A stretch of DNA of 64,000 nucleotides from Amphiscolops sp. MND2022 (Eukaryota): assembly GCA_964187785.1 (NCBI GenBank), contig OZ076418.1, positions 34,162,001 to 34,226,000 on the forward strand, in the 5' to 3' direction. The notes below the pieces were generated by a model, which was not told where the DNA came from, searched no databases, and worked only from the letters and a program-made list of their open reading frames with translations. A program made the translations under genes and the position numbers. Below are positions 59,290-64,000 of the stretch, in pieces. Position 1 is the first letter of the stretch, and every line of letters starts with the position of its first letter.

Positions 59290-60700
59290 TTTGGTCGTAA
59301 ACATAGTCGGAGTCTAATTTTGTTATCAGCAGTTCGCTATCTTTTTCTCCAGATATTTCGCGCGATCTTCTTTATATTAACTCCTCCGCTTTTGGCATAT
59401 GTGTTTTTCCTTCTATTGTTGCTTCCTTTTTTTTCTTGAGCCCAGAGAAACTTTATTGGTTTATCTTTCTCTAGCGGTAATATTTACAAAACAGTCTTCA
59501 GTTTTTTCGGTTGCTTTTTTCCAAGTATACCTTCTTTACTAGCCTTTTCAATTCGTCTGCTACCTGTTTTTGTAGATGGATGGGTATTGGTCGTCCTTTC
59601 TGTTGTATGATGTTCGCATCGTCTTTCATATTGAACTCTACCGCCAGACCCTTTAATTCAGTGTCATTATAAAACAAATCTTTTATTCGTTTTTACTTTG
59701 AGGATTTTTGTTTCAGTTTCGTCCATCTGTATGTTATGTATTTTGACGGCCTCGGTGTTTGAGTTTATCGTTATTTCCTACCGTTTCATCCTCTTTAGTC
59801 TCATTAATGGCCTTATAATTGTAATTAATGACTTTTGTAATTAGTAGCGGCAGTTGCAGTGTGGGTTTGTTTGTTCTGACAGTTGCATTCGTTTGTCCGA
59901 CCAATTCAATTTTGTTTTCATTGATGTTTTTGTATTTGGTGATCATCTCCATTTTTGAGATCCCGTTAAGTAAGCGTTAAGGTATCAATATTACTGGTGA
60001 TCCACTGTCAATTATGAGTATTGTTGGTGCGGTTTTGACCAATAGTTTTATGTAGATGTAGTCACCCTTGTTGTTGTTGTTAATGAATTGGATTTTGTTG
60101 TTGTCCCAGTTGTCTTCTTCCGCTGATGATGACACGTTTTCTACCTTTTGTACCTTTTTTGGTAGTCAGCACATTTTCTCGTAGTGTCATCTCTTCTTGC
60201 AGTTTCTACCGTCAACGGTTCTTCCTGGGCATTCGTGTTGTCTGGTCCACATTGTCCGCAACCGTTTTTAGTTATATTTTTCTCTATTATACTCCAATTT
60301 TCTTTTGTTATTGTCATGACGGTGCTTTTCTGACCATTGTTTCTGCCAGTGTGGTCTCTCTTGTACACGCTTTATACCTATTCCGTCACTCGAGTTGTTG
60401 GAGTCACTTAACCGGGCGTTTTCGTGAATTGGATCCGTTATTGTTTAAATTGTCATGTTACTTGTTCGAATCTTTTTCTTTAACACGTAAACTCCAGCCG
60501 ATCTTCCGGTTTTTGACTGAAATTTTTAAGCAATTAACGTTGCCAAGCTCACAGTTTTCTCTGCCTGCAGTTTTCTGGTCCATACGTCTTCTGCTGTATC
60601 GTTTGTTTCCCGTGCAATCCCGAAGAAATGAGCTCTACTGTAAAACTTATATCTTTCGGGTATGACTTCAGTCTTGCAGCACTCCCTATTGTTTGTAAAA
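59290..60700 (-). pseudogene. Fragment of a different LTR-retrotransposon gag-protease-RT
   Basis: Protease IIDSGSP near 59990-60010; pre-RT segment NIIQQKGRPIPIHLQKQVADELKRL at ~59540-59615; bounds approximate. Confidence 0.7.
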
Positions 60701-61534
60701 ATATATTCAATCGAAACTGTTTCGAAGAAATGTTTACTATGTGCTATCTTAAAACTGGAACAACAAGGAAGCTCCAGATTTATTAATTTCTACTCAAGAA
60801 CATAACTTTGGATGATATAACTCGTTATAAATTCAGAACTACAATCTGAGGAGGTGATGTCTCGACATGTTATCAACAAATGTTTTCTCAATGGTTTTGC
60901 AACGTCCGTGAAAACTGTTCCTCCACAAAGTTCCTTTAGGACTATGTCAAATTCCTTCGACTTGAATTCATCTCCACCTGGGAGTTTACATGTTTTGGTA
61001 CTTCCCAGTAAAATGTCATGAAAAAACAAATGCATGAATGTACATGAAGTGTTAATCCAGTTAATGAAGAAATACAGTTGGAACAGTGAGATTTTAAAAA
61101 CCAAATGCAATGTCTTTTTCTGTCATTGTCTTACTGTATTCGGAGAATATGAGAGCTCTCTGTGTCATCTAGTCAATCAATTTCAAAAGTTTCCCCAAAT
61201 GTAATTCACGTACTTGGCAGTCCTCTATGTGAAGAACGTTTTGCTTGTAATTTTTTGTTTTTGCGCGTTTTTTTGGCGTTTCAAGTTGGTAGTTCCCAGT
61301 TTTCAATCAGCTTTATGTCATTGAACATTCGCAGGTCCTCTTGCAAATGATGATAGCAGCCAGGCAGAGCATTGGATTTGGCAGTAGTTCATTGGACGAG
61401 AGTTGGTTAAGTAGCACTAACTAGTTGGTTAAGACTTTTTTCAACTCATGTTCTTCATTTCGTGAAAACTGGCACCATTTTGGAAGTTCATTAGGTCCCA
61501 CACTTTTGTGAGAAAACTTTTGTATTAGGCTGTA

Positions 61535-61773
61535 GTAGAATGTTGTCGACAAAGAGTTTGATTTGGGAACTTGCCTTTCTGAGAACTATACTGACGACCA
61601 TTCAATTTGTGTTCAATCTTCAAAACAATGAAGTTGTCAAGATCTCCAAATTATAATTTGGGGATCTTGACAATTTCATTTTTTTTGGATATTGAAAACA
61701 AATTGAATGGCCGTCAGTATAGTTCTCAGAAAGGCAAGTTCCCAAATCATACTCTTTGTCGACAACATTCTAC
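61535..61773. repeat. ~240-bp loopless imperfect palindrome
   Basis: ~119-bp arms with about 8 differences, centred on CCAAATTA|TAATTTGG (61653/61654). Confidence 0.9.
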
Positions 61774-62180
61774 TTGTTGATCACTACAAGGAAACTATAG
61801 CTATAGCGACAGTCAATTTGTGATTGGATTAGAAATTGTTGGTATGTTTGCATATTGCCAGAATTGTGGTAATTTTGTGCTGTTAGGACGTGGCCGGGCC
61901 AAATAGCAAATCAAAAAAAGTAACGAGCGGTATGTGTTTAAAGGCGGGGAACTAAGTTAAAGTTTTGTTAGAACTACTTTTCAATCAATTGAAGTAAATG
62001 GTAAAAGTCAGCGAGGTTCTCATCAGGGACACTTGTAACATTTGGGGAGAACTGTACCTTGAATGAAGCGTTTTTGTAGAAAAAACGGAATTTTGAAATT
62101 GAAGAGTTCAGCTTTTTCAAAGTCAGTTGTGACGCAAGTTGGGTCGAGATGAACTGTTGAAAGAAACACGTTGACGATAT

Positions 62181-62380
62181 NNNNNNNNNNNNNNNNNNNN
62201 NNNNNNNNNNNNNNNNNNNNNNNNNNNNNNNNNNNNNNNNNNNNNNNNNNNNNNNNNNNNNNNNNNNNNNNNNNNNNNNNNNNNNNNNNNNNNNNNNNNN
62301 NNNNNNNNNNNNNNNNNNNNNNNNNNNNNNNNNNNNNNNNNNNNNNNNNNNNNNNNNNNNNNNNNNNNNNNNNNNNNNNN
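62181..62380. other. Assembly gap
   Basis: 200 N. Confidence 0.99.
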
Positions 62381-64000
62381 GATAGTGCGTGTTATGATAC
62401 TTCAGTAAATAAGAACACTAATTCTCACTCCAACTCCTGTGAAACTGAGATTAAGACTGGTGCCCAAAATGGCCAAATTTGGAAGGAAATTGATTCTAAC
62501 AGCGAAGTCAATAGACTGTCTGGAAAGTTGAGTCAAAGAAACACACAGGAGATCGGTGATTTTTTGAGTTCTGTAAGTTCCCAAATCCAAAGGGTCATAA
62601 AAGAAGCAATAAGTAATCAACTTTTACCTCAGATCCGAGCTTCATCAAGATCCGGACAGGGACAAGTGCCAGAAAGAAAATGGGACGTTCCGGTTAGAGG
62701 ACAGGGGTTCAGATCTGAAGAAGCCTAAATTGTAGATTCAGAAGCAATTCAATAGGAATGAAGACCAAGAGAGCACACACTACATGGTGACAGGAGACAA
62801 CGAATCTCCAAACCTATCCCCGAGTATCTTACGGGACGATTCCCGTCTCGGACCGCACTCAACCAACCCGCTCGTGATAACAATGATCTCCTCAACACGA
62901 CATTAGCTGCAACAGAACAAACCCCTCCAGTGGCCGTACAAGACCCAATCAATAGACTAGCTGACTTCTTGACCAATCTCCAGAATCGTCCAACAGCCCA
63001 ACAGCAACTCACTATCCGCCCAGTGAATTCCAATACGATGCCTTTCGATGGCTAAAGTGAGAAATTCAAGCTGTTCGAGGATTTATTTCACACGATGATC
63101 ACGATCCAACCAGAAATGCCTAAACAAACATAGATCAACCACTTCCACTCACTTCTCAGGAAGGGAGCACTTCAGACCTTTAGAATTATCAAACGGTCAA
63201 TAGACGGACTCTTGAGGACGTATTAGTCATTTTCAGGCGCAAATATCTCAAACCCGAATCTCAAGCGACTCCCAAACATAAATGGCACCGTTTGGTCTTT
63301 GACCGTAACTCAAGGAAGCTACCGGACTTCCTCGAAGAATTGAACCAAGGGGCGGAGAAAGCATTTGGAGACAGCGCTCAAGAGTTGATTGACAGCCTCC
63401 TCTATGCAAAAATGCCGCAAAAACTCAAAAGATCAGTCAACATGGCCAGACTGGAAAACGGCTCTTACAAACGAAATCGTTGCCCGTTTTGAGAGGGAAT
63501 TGGAGCTTAACGCCCTTGAGAAATCAGATGACCTGCCAATGGCAACAATGACTTCCCCACATCTAAGCCTAAAAATCTTTTCTGCAATGGACTATTATCC
63601 GATATCGTTTGCAATTATTGCAAGGAAAAAGATCATATGGTCAAAGTCTGCGAGAACCTTGAAAAGGGAAATGCAGCAAACTGAGAAGAAAACTTATCCT
63701 AAATGTGGAACTTGTGGCAAAACAAATCACCCAGAGGAACGATTTTGGCAAGGTTCAGGCGCGCATCTCAAGTCTAAACGCAAAAGGCCTGAAGACTCAT
63801 CGGACAACAATCCGTATTCGAAAGCGCAAAAATCAGAGTATAACATAGTTCAGCTCCCAGTCCTCATCAAAAAAGGACGATAAAAATCAACTTCTCCACG
63901 ACTCCAACACCACCATCTAATATCAGTCCGACAATTTGTCAGGTCTGATCATCCAACTAAAATCTTCCATGAATATCAGCAACAGTTGATGGGGTATCCC
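62381..64000 (+). mobile_element. gag: 5' LTR end, PBS and gag of another A-related Gypsy element, continuing past the window
   Basis: ...CACTACA|TGGTGACAGGAG (PBS from 62785); NTMPFDG..KF.LFEDLFHTM; LEELNQGAEKAFG; knuckles CNYCKEKDHMVKVC and CGTCGKTNHPEE. Confidence 0.85.

Noticed and set aside
60790-61500. Possible host pseudo-exon (106-aa ORF and upstream fragments)
   Set aside because: Protein-like, but no recognisable family, start or splice sites.

Overview
This is AT-rich eukaryotic (intron-bearing, probably invertebrate) DNA made almost entirely of decayed, nested mobile elements, with one 200-N gap (62181-62380). (1) 1-7749 is the right arm of a Polinton/Maverick-type element. It holds a frameshifted protein-primed DNA polymerase B with N-terminal zinc fingers, and a divergent compact cassette that includes an EGFR-ligand-like EGF protein and a tandem PC4-like protein. 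It ends in ...ACTACT inside a P-loop NTPase gene that it interrupts. (2) A Tc1-type transposase is split by a 17.8-kb Ty3/Gypsy element (10919-28750, minus strand, ~1.9-kb LTRs, TSD CGAAG). Besides gag-pol, this element carries a spliced antisense gene with a hAT-type zinc finger, a ~30-unit hairpin array inside that gene's intron, and a sense ORF that runs into the 3' LTR. (3) A second, divergent large Gypsy element (38663-~51826) has the same architecture. (4) There are several TSD-flanked solo LTRs (one nested in another), further gag-pol fragments, fold-back palindromes and at least one clean host-type exon. In several of these LTR families a long ORF starts inside the LTR and meets the PBS in frame. 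All family assignments come from motifs read by eye; no database search was run, so novelty is untested.
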